DNA of 64,000 nucleotides. It comes from Octopus vulgaris (lineage: Eukaryota). The position numbers were made by a program, and so were the translations under genes. A model generated the notes under the pieces. That model was given only the letters and a program-made list of their open reading frames with translations, was not told the DNA's origin and did no database searches. This document shows positions 14,357 to 27,995 of the stretch, piece after piece; the stretch's first letter is position 1, and each line of letters starts with the position of its first letter. The stretch spans positions 58,466,001 to 58,530,000 of the forward strand of contig OX597831.1 of the NCBI GenBank assembly GCA_951406725.2. The letters are read 5' to 3'.

Positions 14357-16828
14357 GGAAAAACAGCGTTTACTGCAGGGTCTGTACCATCAAAAGAAGA
14401 AGTGCAGAGATTTTGGAATAAAATCTGGGCAGAAGAAAAAACACACAACGAAAAGGCCCCCTGGATTGACAGAATATCTACAGAACTGGACCCCTTAGAA
14501 GAGCAAAAGTGGGAGGGTGTCAAGGTAGAAGATATAAGATCTGCTCTCAGGAGGTCAAGCAAATGGAAGTCTCCAGGAAAGGATAAAATTCCTAACTTCT
14601 GGCTGAATGCCTTCCCAGAGAGCCATGAACTGCTAACAGAACTGTACAATGATGTTTTGCAACACCCTAGTAGGATGCCTCCTTGGCTAGTTAATGGGTT
14701 AACATTCCTGCTTCCAAAAAGTGAAGAAACAAATGAACCAAAAAACTATAGACCCATAACTTGCTTAACAACTATGTACAAAACACTAACATCTGTCCTG
14801 ACGGAATATACCTATAGTTTTTTAACAGACAGCAGCATATTCCCTAATGAACAGAAAGGATGTAAACGTGGATCCTACGGCTGTAAAGACCAACTACTCA
14901 TCAATAAGATGATCTTAGAAGATTGTCACAAACGACACAAAAACTTATCAATAGCCTGGATAGACTATAAAAAGGTTTTTGATAGCCTACCACATAGCTG
15001 GATTAGGAAATGCCTTGAAATGTATAAGATAGCACCAACTCTGCGAAACTTCTTGACTGTAAGTATGAGATCTTGGAGAACCACACTAACTCTGAACAGT
15101 GACAGTGAATCCCTAAATGCTGGTGATGTAAAAATTTCGTGTGGCATTTTCCAGGGTGACTCACTGTCACCACTCCTCTTTTGTTTATCCTTAATACCTC
15201 TCTCAAAGCTGCTCAATGACGCGCAGTACGGGTATAAAATGTTTGATAAAAATATAAATCATCTCGTTTACATGGATGATTTAAAGCTTTTTGCAAAAAA
15301 TGATCAACAACTCAAGGGCTTACTAGCGATAGTCAAACAATTCAGTGACGACATCAGAATGCAATTCGGCCTCGATAAATGTGCAAAGGCTACCTTTATC
15401 AAAGGAAAAATGACAGAAACATCTAACGTTAACCTTGACCAACAGAATGTCATAAAAGAACTAGACCCAGCGGAGAGCTACAAGTACCTAGGGATAATTG
15501 AAGGGAACGGAATAAGGCATTCAGAGATGAAGGAAAGGATCAGGAGAGAATGCTATCGAAGAGTGAGAGCAATACTCAAGACAGAGCTGAATGCAAGAAA
15601 CAGGATCGAAGCAATCAATGCATTAGCTATACCAGTCGTGATTTACAGTTTCAATATTGTTAACTGGTCAATTACTGAAATATGTCAGCTCGACAGAAAA
15701 ATAAGGAAACTGTTGACAATGCATAGAATGCACCACCCTAAGGCAGATACAGAACGACTCTATCTGCCAAGAAAAGAGGGAGGCCGTGGTCTTTTGCAAC
15801 TGGCAATAACAATGAAGATTGCTACAATTGGCCTAGACACCTACCTGAAAAACTCTGAGGACTGGATGCTAAAACTTGTCTCAAAACATGAAAACAAGAA
15901 AGCATCATACTCAGTCACAAAACAGGCAAAGGAATATCTAAGTGAATTCCGAATACAACCAATTTCGGAATTAGAGATAGATATACAAGAAACAAGCACA
16001 GAAAAAGCTAGGCGCATGAAAACCCGTGCCAAAACTGCGGCCTTAGATATTCTGAATAATAAATGGCAAGAAAAACCTCTCTATGGCAAATACCCAAAGA
16101 GAGCGAATAATGCAGATATCGACAAAGCCCTGACCCATCAATGGCTAATGGCCTCTGGCTTAAAATCTGAAACAGAGGGGTTTATCATAGCAGCTCAAGA
16201 TCAATGCCTACCAACAAGAAACTACCAGGCCAACATATTAAAGATCAGAAGCAGTCCAACGTGTCGTGTATGCAAGCAACAAAATGAAACCATTGACCAT
16301 GTGGTCTCCAAGTGCAGTCTTCTAGCGCCTACAGAGTATCTCAACAGGCACGATAGAGCTGCACAATATATTCACTGGGTAATCTGTAAAAACCTGGATT
16401 TGCCCCATGAAAAAAACTGGTGGGAACACAAACCACCCCCAGTGCTTGAAAATGACCACATCTCACTCCTCTGGAACTTCACCATTCAAACTGACAGGAA
16501 GATAGATGCAAATAGGCCAGACATCATATTGAAAAACTTCAAACAAAGAACATGCCTCCTCATTGATATGACTGTCCCAATCGATATAAACGTATCTGTC
16601 AAGACCTACCAAAAACTGAGCAAATATAAAGATCTTGAAATAGAAATCAGCAAAATGTGGAAGCTGAAGACTAAAACAATACCTGTTGTCATAGGTGCCC
16701 TGGGAATGATAGCAAAAGGGGCTGATAGCTACCTAACTCAGATACCAGGAAACCCAAAAATGGCAGAAGTTCAAAAGATAGTGCTCATGGGAACTGCTCA
16801 TATCCTACGCAAAATACTCTCTATGTAA
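14354..16828 (+). CDS. R4/Dong-type non-LTR retrotransposon ORF (RT + CCHC + restriction-like endonuclease), 5'-truncated but open
   Basis: WKSPGKD, YRPITCL, EQKG, WIDYKKVFDS, GIFQGDSLSP, YMDD, CRVC..ETIDHVVSKC, RHD, RPDII..IDMTVP..KLSKY; 824 codons without a stop from ATG 14354. Confidence 0.95.
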
Positions 16829-17049
16829 TCTCAAGGTTTAAAACAAACATAATTTTCGGTTTAAAAAAAAAAAAAAAAAAAACCTTTTTTTTTTCTTTTT
16901 AGACATTCATTAGTACAACATCCCCACCCCCCAAATATATGGCACACTAGGCATAACAACAACATGAACTTCCAACCCTGTTGTCTCTTGAGGTCTCTGG
17001 GTGAGACTTGGAGCCAACTTGTACAAATATAAAGCAAAAGTCAAACATA

Positions 17050-17051
<2 letters not shown>
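14354..17051 (+). mobile_element. R4/Dong-type LINE copy 1 (5'-truncated) with 3' UTR
   Basis: ORF plus ~220-nt 3' UTR; (AAT)n on both sides. Confidence 0.93.
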
Positions 17052-17100
<49 letters not shown>

Positions 17101-17145
17101 TAATATAATAAATATAATAATAAAATATAAAATAATAATAATAAC

Positions 17146-20100
17146 ATGCCGAAAAGGGGTCGAAAAGTTTGCTGCTGGAACAAACTCTCAAAAAGACGAT
17201 CTACCAGGTGACCAGAACCAGAATACTTCTAACTCTGGACTTGTAGTGACGCCACCAAAAACACCACCTAAAGCAAAACGTATAAAATGGACCAGAGAGG
17301 ACTATAGAGATGTGTTGAAAGCTTTTCTATACCGCCCAACTAAACCCAAACAATAACCTCAGTGTACAAACATGCCTCTCATTGAGAAATTCAGTAGGCA
17401 ACGAAGTACGTAGATATATAGACGCAAATAAATTAAGTAATGTACGCAGAGATATAATTAAAAACAAAAGACTAACTGACACTGAAATTGACCAAATTAG
17501 GACACTAATAGCTCATGGTAGACCAAAAGAAAACAGCAACAATGTAGACGAAATAGGTAACAGTAGCACAGAAGCCAGTGTACAAGCGGTAAATCAACTT
17601 CCCAATGGGGAAGTTAAACAAAGAATAGCGAAGACGAGAGATTTGAAAAAAAGAGGAGAACGTAGACCTTCCTCAAGAAAACCAAAATAGATATGGCATA
17701 GAATTTGAGGTGAATAATAGAGAAAAGATTATGGAAGCAAAAGTGGACATTATGAGAGAACTCGGCAAGATTGAGCTCACTGACATGGTTAATAGAGAAC
17801 CGCTACCAAAGTTTTCAAACGGCACAATGAATAACAACACAATCATGATATATAACGTTGCCCTAGGACAGATCTTAAGAAATAAGGGGAATGATCTGAC
17901 AGTCTTAAATAATCTCATATATTTCACTGCTAAAGTAGTAACTACCCAACTAGGTATTAAGATGACAAAGAAAAAGGCCAGGCATGTCAATGAACCTCCT
18001 AAGTGGAAAGTAGCGATACAAAAAGAGATTGAATCTCTGCGGGTGGATGTTTCAGTTCTCGATGAGCATGCTAGAGGAGTGAGTATTAAGTCGAGAAAAG
18101 CTAGAAAAATCAAGCAAAAATATAAAATCAAAGATCTCATAAACCTCCCTGCAACTAAGGAACTGTTGAAACAACGGATACAGTTGAAAGCCCAACGGCT
18201 TAGAAGGTATGACAAAAGAAACAAATTTTATCGACGAAATAAATTTTTTAAGATAGATGCAAAGAAATTTTATAGGGAAATTGGCAAAAATAGAATACAC
18301 ATAGAAGATCCATCTAAGATTGAGGAAGTGGAGGAGTTCTGGAAGAAGGTATGGAGCAACGAAAAAGAGTTTAATGCTGAGGCTGACTGGATAGAACGTG
18401 AGAAAGAGAGACTGGATGAACTTGAAGAACAGAAATGGGAAGTAATAGGAATAGAGGAGCTAAGGTGTGTCCTTAGGAAGGCTCATAAATGGAAAACCCC
18501 AGGATCGGATCGGAACCCTAACTTCTGGCTGAATTGTTTGACAGATGTACACGAAAATCTCGCGGCATCTCTGTCTGATGTCATTCAGAACCCAGAGTAA
18601 ATACCTGCTTGGCTGACTGAAGGAACCACCTACCTATTATCTAAAACCGAAGACACAAAAAACCCAAAGAATTACCGGCCAATAACATGTCTCAACACCA
18701 CCTACAAAATCCTCACATCCATAATAACGGAGAGAATGTACGCTTTCCTTGAACAAAACTCTATCCTTCCACAAGCTCAAAAAGGTTGTAAAAGAAACTC
18801 TTATGGGTGCAAAGACTAATTGCTCATAAACAGAATGATTGTAGAGAATTGCCAGAGCAAAAACAAAAACCTGAGTATGGCATGGATAGACTACAGAAAG
18901 CGTTTGACAGTGTCCCACATAAATGGATACTCAAGGCCCTTGAGATATACAAGATCTCTCCTGTCGTCTCAAAATTCTTACAGAATAGCATGACCATGTG
19001 GAACACACGTCTCTTTCTAAGCCATAGTAATGGGATGAGCCAGTCCAACAGCATCAACATCAAACGAGGCATCTTTCAAGGTGACTCCCTCTCTCCATTA
19101 CTTTTTTGCATGGCACTGATTCCACTCTCAAACGAATTGGATAGTACCAGATATGGGTACAAAGTTTTTAGTAAGTCAATAAACCACCTTTTCTATATGG
19201 ACGACCTAAAGCCGTTTGCCAGGAATGACCAAGAGCTAGAAGGGCTGCTAACAACTGTTAAAGAGTTTAGCAATGATATCGGAATGGATTTTGGCCTTGA
19301 TAAGTGTGCTAAAGCAACTTTTGTAAGAGACAAGCTCAGGCTAACAGCTTCTGTTAAATTAGATATTGACACTACCATCAAGGAACTTGACCCACAAGAA
19401 AGTTACAAATACCTAGGAATCAACGAAGGACATGGTATACATCATGCTACTATGAAGGAAAAAATAAGAAAGGAATACTATAGGAGAATAAGGCTTGTAC
19501 TGAAGACTGAACTCAACACCAAAAATTGCATCGAGGCCATTAACACCCTGGCGCTTCCAGTAGTCCAGTACAGTTTAAACATCATTAACTGGAACCTTAC
19601 GGAACTCCAACGCTTGGACAGGAAGACAAGAAAATTACTGACATCCAAGAACATACACCACCCTAAGGCAGATGTAGACCGCCTGTACCTACCTAGAAGC
19701 AGCGGGGGGAGAGGAATGATGCAATTAGAGCTGTGCTATAAGACCTCCACTGTAGGAATGAACATGTACATATCTAGTACAAAGGACTGGATGCTACGAC
19801 TTGTGCGCGAACACGAAAGCAGCAAAAAGCTGCATTCTATTGTCAAGGAAGCTTATAAGTTCGAAAGGGAACTAGACATTAACCTGAATCAGATGAAGAA
19901 CCGGAAACCACTGCTACCAAGCAAGCAAAGCGAATCAAGCAGACTGCAAAAAAGAACGGGCAGAATCAAATTGAGAGGCGGTGGAGCCAGAAGCCCCTGC
20001 ATGGACAATATATTCTCCGAAGCCAAAATGCTGATGTAGACCAAGCAACAACCCATCAGTGGCTGAAGATTTCAGGATTGAAAGCAGAGTCTGAAGGCTT

Positions 20101-20900
20101 CATACTGGCAGCACAAGATCAAAGCTTGTTTACCAGAAATTACCAGGCTAACGTTCTCCGAAACGGTACTGACCCTAAATGCAGATTCTGCGACACATTT
20201 GACGAAACAATAGACCACCTCGTTTCGGGATGTCCTGTGCTGACACCAAACGAATACAAAAATCGCCACGATAGGGTAGGACAGTATATACATTGGAAGA
20301 TATGAAAACACTACAAATTCGGCACTCCTGCTAACTGGTATGAACACCATCCTCAGCCAGTTTTTGGAGGTAAAAATGTCACCATCCTCTGGGATATTCC
20401 AGTCAACACTGACAGAACGATCAAGGCTAATCGACCAGACATAATTTTTAAAGACAGGGAAGAAGATACATGCAGACTAATAGAGGTAAGCGTCCCCACT
20501 GATAAAAATATATCTGTAAAGGAATTTGACAAACTTAGTGAATATAAGGACCTGGAAATCGAAATACAAAAGATGTGGAATCTTAAAACAAAAACTGTTC
20601 CTGTTATTGTAGGTGCCCTAGGTATGATAAAAAAGGGATGTCAGAAACACCTAGACAATATCCCTGGAGAACCACGTCTCAAGGAAATCCAAAAGATTGT
20701 ACTAACAAATACTGCCCACATCCTTAGAAAAACCTTATCAATGTAAATGTTTGTGTTGTATTACATAGAGATATTGCGCTACTTCCCCTCCCCAAGCTTT
20801 CAGCTATATTTCAACAATTCTTAACCTTCACTTGCCCTAGGGCGCTGGGTGTGCCCCGGCAAGTGATTGCATCAAACATGCAGATTAAAAGTAAATGACA
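17146..20900 (+). mobile_element. R4/Dong-type LINE copy 2, near full length, different family, pseudogenised
   Basis: N-terminal KRIKWTREDYRDVLKAF (Myb-like), PPKW, RLRRY, GIFQGDSLSP, YMDD, CRFC..HLVSGC, RHD, RPDI..KLSEY; several stops/frameshifts; ends TAA 20746, 3' UTR, then (AAT)n. Confidence 0.93.
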
Positions 20901-20923
20901 ATATTATTAATAATAATAATAAC

Positions 20924-20964
<41 letters not shown>

Positions 20965-20981
20965 CAACAACAACAATAATG

Positions 20982-21036
<55 letters not shown>

Positions 21037-21040
21037 CAAC
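20901..21040. repeat. (AAT/AAC)n microsatellite
   Basis: Direct reading. Confidence 0.95.
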
Positions 21041-21750
21041 AGTAGATGCAGTACCAGGCAGTGGTATTCATAGCTTCTGATCTTAACTAGTAACAAGTGC
21101 TATGATGTATATGTTTTGTCTTGGTATAAATAAGATGGGCTACAGCAAATATTCTGCTCGATACCATAGATTAGATTTTCATTTTCTTGATCATAGCCAG
21201 TTGAACATTTCCTTTAGTGGCTGGCGAATTGTGCATTCCTTATCACGAGCAGTGGGTGGGGAGCATCAGAGCCATATGTTGAGGAGAATTCTTTCGGGTT
21301 TGCAGAAATGAGTTGAAAGGATTCACTTCACACCAATATATTTCATATATTTATGTACGAAGCCATGAGGTGTAATGGGATTTTATAAATCCAAAAGTTA
21401 TGTATTTAGCACGTCACTCTATCACAAATGGCAATTCTTCATTCTAAGAATTACAAATAGTTGTATTGATGATATAATAATCTCCTCCGAGTCAAGTGGT
21501 AGCAATATCAGATCAAATTAGGTTATTCTACTTCTTTGGAAATTTTCATAAGGCTAAGTTTTGGTTTGTTTCTGGTTTCGTTTAACCAGAAACAAAACCA
21601 TTTATAAGTTTTTGCAGTTTATTCTCAGTTCAAGATTGTTCGAGCACATCTATGATCAGATGTATTCTTGTCGTACCCTTTCAGTATATTATCCTGTATA
21701 GTGTTTAGCTATTCCGTATAACATACTATCCAATATATTCACCATCGTTA

Positions 21751-21966
21751 GGGCGGTGAGCTGGTAGAATCCTTACTTCGCCGGGCAAAATGCTTAGCGG
21801 CATTTCGTCCGTCTCTTCATTCTGAGTTCAAATTCCGGTGAGGACGACGTTGCTCTTCATCCTTTCGGGGTCGATAAAATAAATATCATTTGAGTACCGG
21901 AGTCGATGTAGTCGACTTATCCCCTCCCCCGAAATTGATGTCCTTGAACCAAAATTTGAAGCCAAT
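21751..21966 (+). mobile_element. SINE family B, alternative-tail subfamily
   Basis: Same head and core as 3807, but tail cccctcccccgaaattg...caaaatttgaagcc. Confidence 0.85.
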
Positions 21967-21993
21967 ATATTCCCCGTCAAGACATAGAGTGTG

Positions 21994-22083
<90 letters not shown>

Positions 22084-22660
22084 CAGGAAAGCAGAAATGA
22101 GATATTTTAAGATTTACGCTTTTCTCCTCATAGTTATTAGATTAAGCGAAGAGCTTATGGTTAATCTCCTATGCATTGATTCACAATAGAATACTTTGAA
22201 ATAACATCAGGACGCTTCTAAGTGCTAGTGGTAACATCTAATCCAGTCCACACATTGCGGGGGCGAGTGGTTGGTATCTAAATCTATTTCTGAAAAGCGT
22301 GATGTTTTCGATACTTTACGAGATGAAAAATAAAAGTCGTCTAAGGGCAGGTGACCACAGGAGAGTCAAGGGTCCTCTAATTAATGTTTACGCATACTTG
22401 AGTCACATGCAAAAAGTTTCTGTTTTCAGATTGTGTGGCGGAGAAAACCCATGCCTCAACGGTCACGTTTCAACGATCAGAGAAGTGATATCCAGCAATG
22501 TTGCTGAGGGTATTGTACCACAGAGTACGATGAGATGTGCACATCGCTCTGGATATCCTACTGCATCTATGATATACACTCAGTCGTCTCTATCGCCTTA
22601 TCATTGGGACGAAAAGACACTGATGCGAGATCAAAGCTGATCCTCCGGTGTAGCTTTCTT

Positions 22661-23272
22661 ATTTCTTTATTGCCCACAATGGGCTAAACATAGAGGGGAC
22701 AAACAAGGACAAATGAAGAGATTAAGTCGATTAGATCTACCCCAGTGCGTAACTCGTACTTAATTTATCGACCCCGAATGGATGAAAGGCAAAGTCGATC
22801 TCGCCGGAATTTGAACTAGGAACGCAACGACACACGAAATACCCATTTCTTTACTACCCACAAGGCGCTAAACACAGAGAGGACAAACAAGGACAGACAA
22901 ACAAGGACAGACAACGGATTAAGTCGATTATATCGACCCCACTGCGTAACTGGTACTTATTTAATCAACCTCGAAAGGATGAAAGGCAAAGTCGACCTCG
23001 GCGGAATTTGAACTCAGAACGTAACAGCAGACGAAATACCTATTTCTTTATTACCCACAAGGCGCTAAACGCAGAGAGGACAAACAAGAACAGACAAACG
23101 GATTAAGTCGATTATATCGACCCCACTGCGTAACTGGTACTTATTTAATCGACCCCGAAAGGATGAAAGGCAAAGTCGACCTCGGCGGAATTTGAACTCA
23201 GAACGTAACAGCAGACGAAATACTGCTAAGCATTTCGCCCGGCGTGCTAATGTTTCTGCAAGCTCGCCGCCT
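22661..23272 (-). mobile_element. SINE family B head-to-tail trimer with 40-bp target-site duplication
   Basis: One tRNA head (23221-23272) and three ~180-200-bp bodies; flanks 22621-22660 and 23283-23322 match at 39/40. Confidence 0.9.
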
Positions 23273-26027
23273 TTAAAGGTAATGATGCGAGATCAAGGCT
23301 GATCCTCCGGTGTAGCTTTCTTTCACTGTAATCCAAGATCAGCGCAACTCATAATCGTATTTGTCTAAAGGTCAAGAGAAATGGCGGATTTTTCATTGCA
23401 ATAGTCCGAGTATCGTGCGCTTGTCGCAGGGAAATACTGTCAATTCCAGAATTTTATCCCGCGGAAAGTAGAATATAGGGGAATAGTTATGAGGCTCCAG
23501 CAACTTTAACGAATGCATTGTAATTGTTTGTAAGAGATAGAGTATTGATTATTCAAAAAAAACAAAAAAACCCAAAACTAAAAAACTTAAGGACGGACAA
23601 TTTCCTAATAATAGAAAGATTCTAATGGAATAAAATAAAAGGCCCTGAATGATCGAGTCAGTATGCCATCGCATTGATGGAAGTATCTGGATCAAATGTT
23701 GTCTACGGTATATCGTTATGTCTGTTATTTTATCACCTTGCTATCAAATCCTTCACCAACAAACGGACAAAGAATATTGATTCACATGATATGTTGATAA
23801 TCATCTAATTTCGTAGCCTGAAGCGAATTAAAATTAAATTTCTCATTTGTTTAAGATGTTCGAATGTCACAGCTATACAGGGTAACTGGATTCGTTCTGT
23901 CTAACGAATTCTTTCAAGGCAAACTAACAATGCTATCACTGACTAGAAAATGAAACTTTCGTACACTCCAGGTTGGGTTATTTTGGAGGTAGGTATCAAT
24001 GACCTCAGTATCAAGGTGCCGATCGATAAATAGATACAACAGAGCAGGTATAATGCGTTCCTGAAGCGCTGGCAGAAATGATTAGTATCGCCAATTGCAC
24101 TTCGGCGAAAATTGGTGGTGCACCAGAAAGACTAGTTCTAATTGGTCTTGGCGAAAACAAACGTGAAGGATTGGAAGAAAGAAATAACACTGATGTAATT
24201 GTTTATGTGTTCTTCAGTTCCAGTTCAAAATTAAGAGAAGGCATTTTCAAAGACCATAAGCCATGGTTATAAGTGTTTATTGTATTTCGTGCAATACATT
24301 ACAAAATATAATCTGTTTCTAAAACAAGATGATAGGGTTTTATTAGGAGAAATATGTAACTGTTATGCCTTGAGGGTGGAATGACTACATACAAATTCTT
24401 TTGTTAGATCTGATATATTTCTAAATAATATTAAAAGCATAAATGAAATGAGTTGATTTGAAAAAGAAATCCTAGGTAGCTCTTAGACTTGGTTTGCCGA
24501 GATCTTTCCTCACATATCATGCTGCATTCATTAAACTAACTTGCTTGATACACTCCTACGTAAGCGACATGATTTCACCCTCTTAAAGAGGAAATTGCTA
24601 AACGAAAGGTTATTTATTATATTGCTTCCTGTTCACGCTATATTATTTATCTTCCAATTTGTAAAGTATTTAAAACTACTGAACTCTGATTGATTCCGTC
24701 TACAAAATCATTTCTTCACGAAACTATTACAGGATGTTTCACCTTTCACTTTTCTTTCTCTTCAATAGTTAGTGCATTGCATTTAAATGTCATCTGTTCC
24801 GAATGGCTGTCTAGGAGTTTCAAATTCATTGACAGGCCACATTGTGTATTAGTCAAATCTGATTCTTTCCAACTCAATAACCCTGGATGTAAGTGTTTCG
24901 AAACAAGCTAGAAAGTTTTTCAAGTATGACTGAACAAATTAAACATATCCACGTCTCACAGCAGTTATTGAATGAATTACGCTCGAGTTCATTTCAGCTT
25001 CTTTTTCTTCTGGGCGATTTGAAACATATATAATAATTTAATTAATATAAATACAAACAGTTCAAACTGTCTCTGCACTTAGCAATAGTAGTCTCTCACA
25101 TATATTTAATGTGGTTGTTAGCATATAACTTTATACCCAACTTCGTCCTCTATTTTTACTTTTCAGTTTTGTTTTAATATTTATCAGAAATTACTTTTGT
25201 AACCAAGAGAGCTATTCTAAGTACACTTCTCTCGATCACAAGAACTAATGAGCTATCTTGTACGTAATCACTCTGCTCGTTTAATATAGCTGCAATAATT
25301 ATTCTAAAGTTTTCAAATGTCTACATATAATACGTTAGAAATCTAAATGTTTATTAAACTTATTAAAATGTTTTTCAAACTTAGATTAATATAAACAATA
25401 GTTGATACAAATATATAAATATATCATTTTTTACTAGTTCGTTATGACATAATGCCAACAGAATTCAAGACTGAATTTCTATCCTTGAGAGTTAATTTCA
25501 AAACAGTGAGCTAACAATGGATATACTCCTGAATTTTTCAATTATATCGCTGTTCACAGCGATTAGGTAGTTTTCACTAGGCTTAAACGAGGGTAAAGTA
25601 GATAAATGAAAACAATATCGACACCAATGTCATCAAATCAACAACGAGTCAACCGAATATCACAACAGTCCAACAGACAGAACTATCATTGTCACAGAAG
25701 CCATCAAAACATGTATTAGCCCCTCCGTGGAAGTTCATGTCACCATTTTTATCAGTAACAACAGCATTGGCAAGAGGTCTAGTAGGGTCGATGCTAGGAC
25801 TAATTGGTTCATACGGGCAAGTAAACACAAAGAGCCACTGGTTTTGTAAATGAGAACAACTGAGATAAGTAAGAAAAGTCCCAGAAAGGAAAGTAGAAAA
25901 GACGCTTCAGTCCGCTCCGTGGATGAGTTAGAATGTACCGGGAGATCCACTGTAGGATGCCAGTGCTTCACCGTTAAAAATCGCTGCGTAGAAAAGTCGA
26001 CGCCTGTCTAGGTACGTAATTGAGATG

Positions 26028-26234
26028 TTTACTCTTATACTATTTTACTATTTTACTTGTTTCAGCCATATGGCTGCGGCCATGCTGGAGCACCACCTTT
26101 AGTCGAGCAAATCAACCCCAGGACTTATTTTTTGTAAGCCTAGTACTTATTCTATCGGTCTCTTTTGCCGAACCGCTAAGTTACAGGGACGCAAACAAAC
26201 CAGCATCGGTTGTCAAGCGATGCTTGGGGGACAA

Positions 26235-26278
<44 letters not shown>

Positions 26279-26458
26279 CTATATATATACATATATACAA
26301 CAGGCTTCTTTCAGTTTCCGTCTACCAAATCCACTCACAAGGCTTTGGTCGGCCCGGGGCTATAGTAGAAGACACTTGCCCAAGGTGCCACGTAGTGGGA
26401 CTGAACCCGGAACCATGTGGCTGGTAAGCAAGCTACTTACCACACAGCCATCCTGCGC
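26028..26458 (-). mobile_element. SINE family A
   Basis: Full copy. Confidence 0.92.
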
Positions 26459-26912
26459 TTATGTTGGAGAAGAAACCTTCTTCAATCACAACAGGCATTA
26501 TGAAATGATAAACTTTAGGTCTTTTCACTCCGAGTGTGAGGCGAAGTGCCATTCCAACGCTTCAAATGAGAGAGATAAGAGAGAAGTCATATTCTTTCTA
26601 TCGTGTATGAATCTGCGAATGACAAAATTGCCCGGGGTCATTGTGCTGCATTAATGAAAGAACGTAATGGCTGATATCTGCAGTTTTTGCGATGAGAAGG
26701 AAGAGATGATAATCCTGAAAGTGCACTGGCTGTAATAGAAGGAATCGTTGTGAATGGAAAGACATCAGAAAAATATCGATAACAGTATCGAGTTGATTTG
26801 AGCTGCAACATGAAACCCGGATGACGATCATGTGACGCATGTGTCGTAGCACGAGTCAACAAAAGGTCTTCCGATAACAAACAAAAACAATAGCAGCAAA
26901 ATCAGTTATCAC

Positions 26913-27369
26913 ACTCTTTTACTCTATTACTCTTTTCCTTGTTTCAGTCATTTGACTGTGGCCATGCTGGAGCACCACCTTCAGTGGAGCAAATCGACAC
27001 CAGGACTTATTTTTCGTAAGCCTAAAACTTATTTTATCGGTCTCTTTTGCCGAACCGCTAAGTTACGGGGTCGTAAACACACCAGCATCGGTTGTCAAGC
27101 GATGTTGGGGGAACAAACACAGACACACAAACATACACACACACACACATACACACACACATATATACACACACATGTATATATATATATATATACACAC
27201 ACACATGTATATATATACATATATACGACGGGCTTCTTTCAGTTTCCATCTACCAAATCCACTCACAAGGCTTTGGTAGTCCCGAGGCTATAGTAGAAGA
27301 TACTTGCCCAAGGTACCACGCAGTGGGACTGATTGGTAAGCAAGGTACTTACCACACAGCCACTCCTAC
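26913..27369 (-). mobile_element. SINE family A (small deletion in head)
   Basis: Copy lacking the accatgt segment of the head. Confidence 0.9.
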
Positions 27370-27995
27370 AACAAAATGAATAATAACAGCTATGTCACCC
27401 ACAATAAAAGCAGCTGCAATAGTAACCCCCGTAACACAAAATAACAGCAGAAACTAATGTCAAGACATAATGACGTTCCTGAACACAGTATTTCCTTTCC
27501 TTTGAACTAATACAAACACACACACTTGCAAATTTCCGTTCTCATTCTGTCTCAAACCTTTCCGATTCAGATACCATGTCGCTGTTCGAGGGTGAGACGA
27601 AGTGCCGTTACAAGAGGTTTTGAATAGAAACGTTCGGGTAAAAATGGACTCTACAAACAGAAAATTTGAACGTCGAGTAAAGGTGACAGTCAGCCTTGCA
27701 TCAGCCACACACACACACAACTAATATCGCTGCCATCCCCATCATTACCACCATTACCACCTCACCAAGAACAAAGGCACTCAAACGCAACTATACCAAA
27801 AAGAAATGTAACAAGAGGAAACCATAAACGGGACACAGCAACAAAAACACAAGAAAAATGAACAAAACAACAGCAATACCAGCTGTCAAAAGCATAATAG
27901 CTTAATAAATACAAAGGAGTTCACGGCTTCCATAGGAAAATGCACAAAAAAGTACAAAGGTATCAGAGGATCTTATATAGGACTGAGTAGATTTC

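Noticed and set aside
25650-25971. Short minus-strand open frames in relatively GC-rich unique DNA
   Set aside because: No recognisable domain; lengths are within chance.
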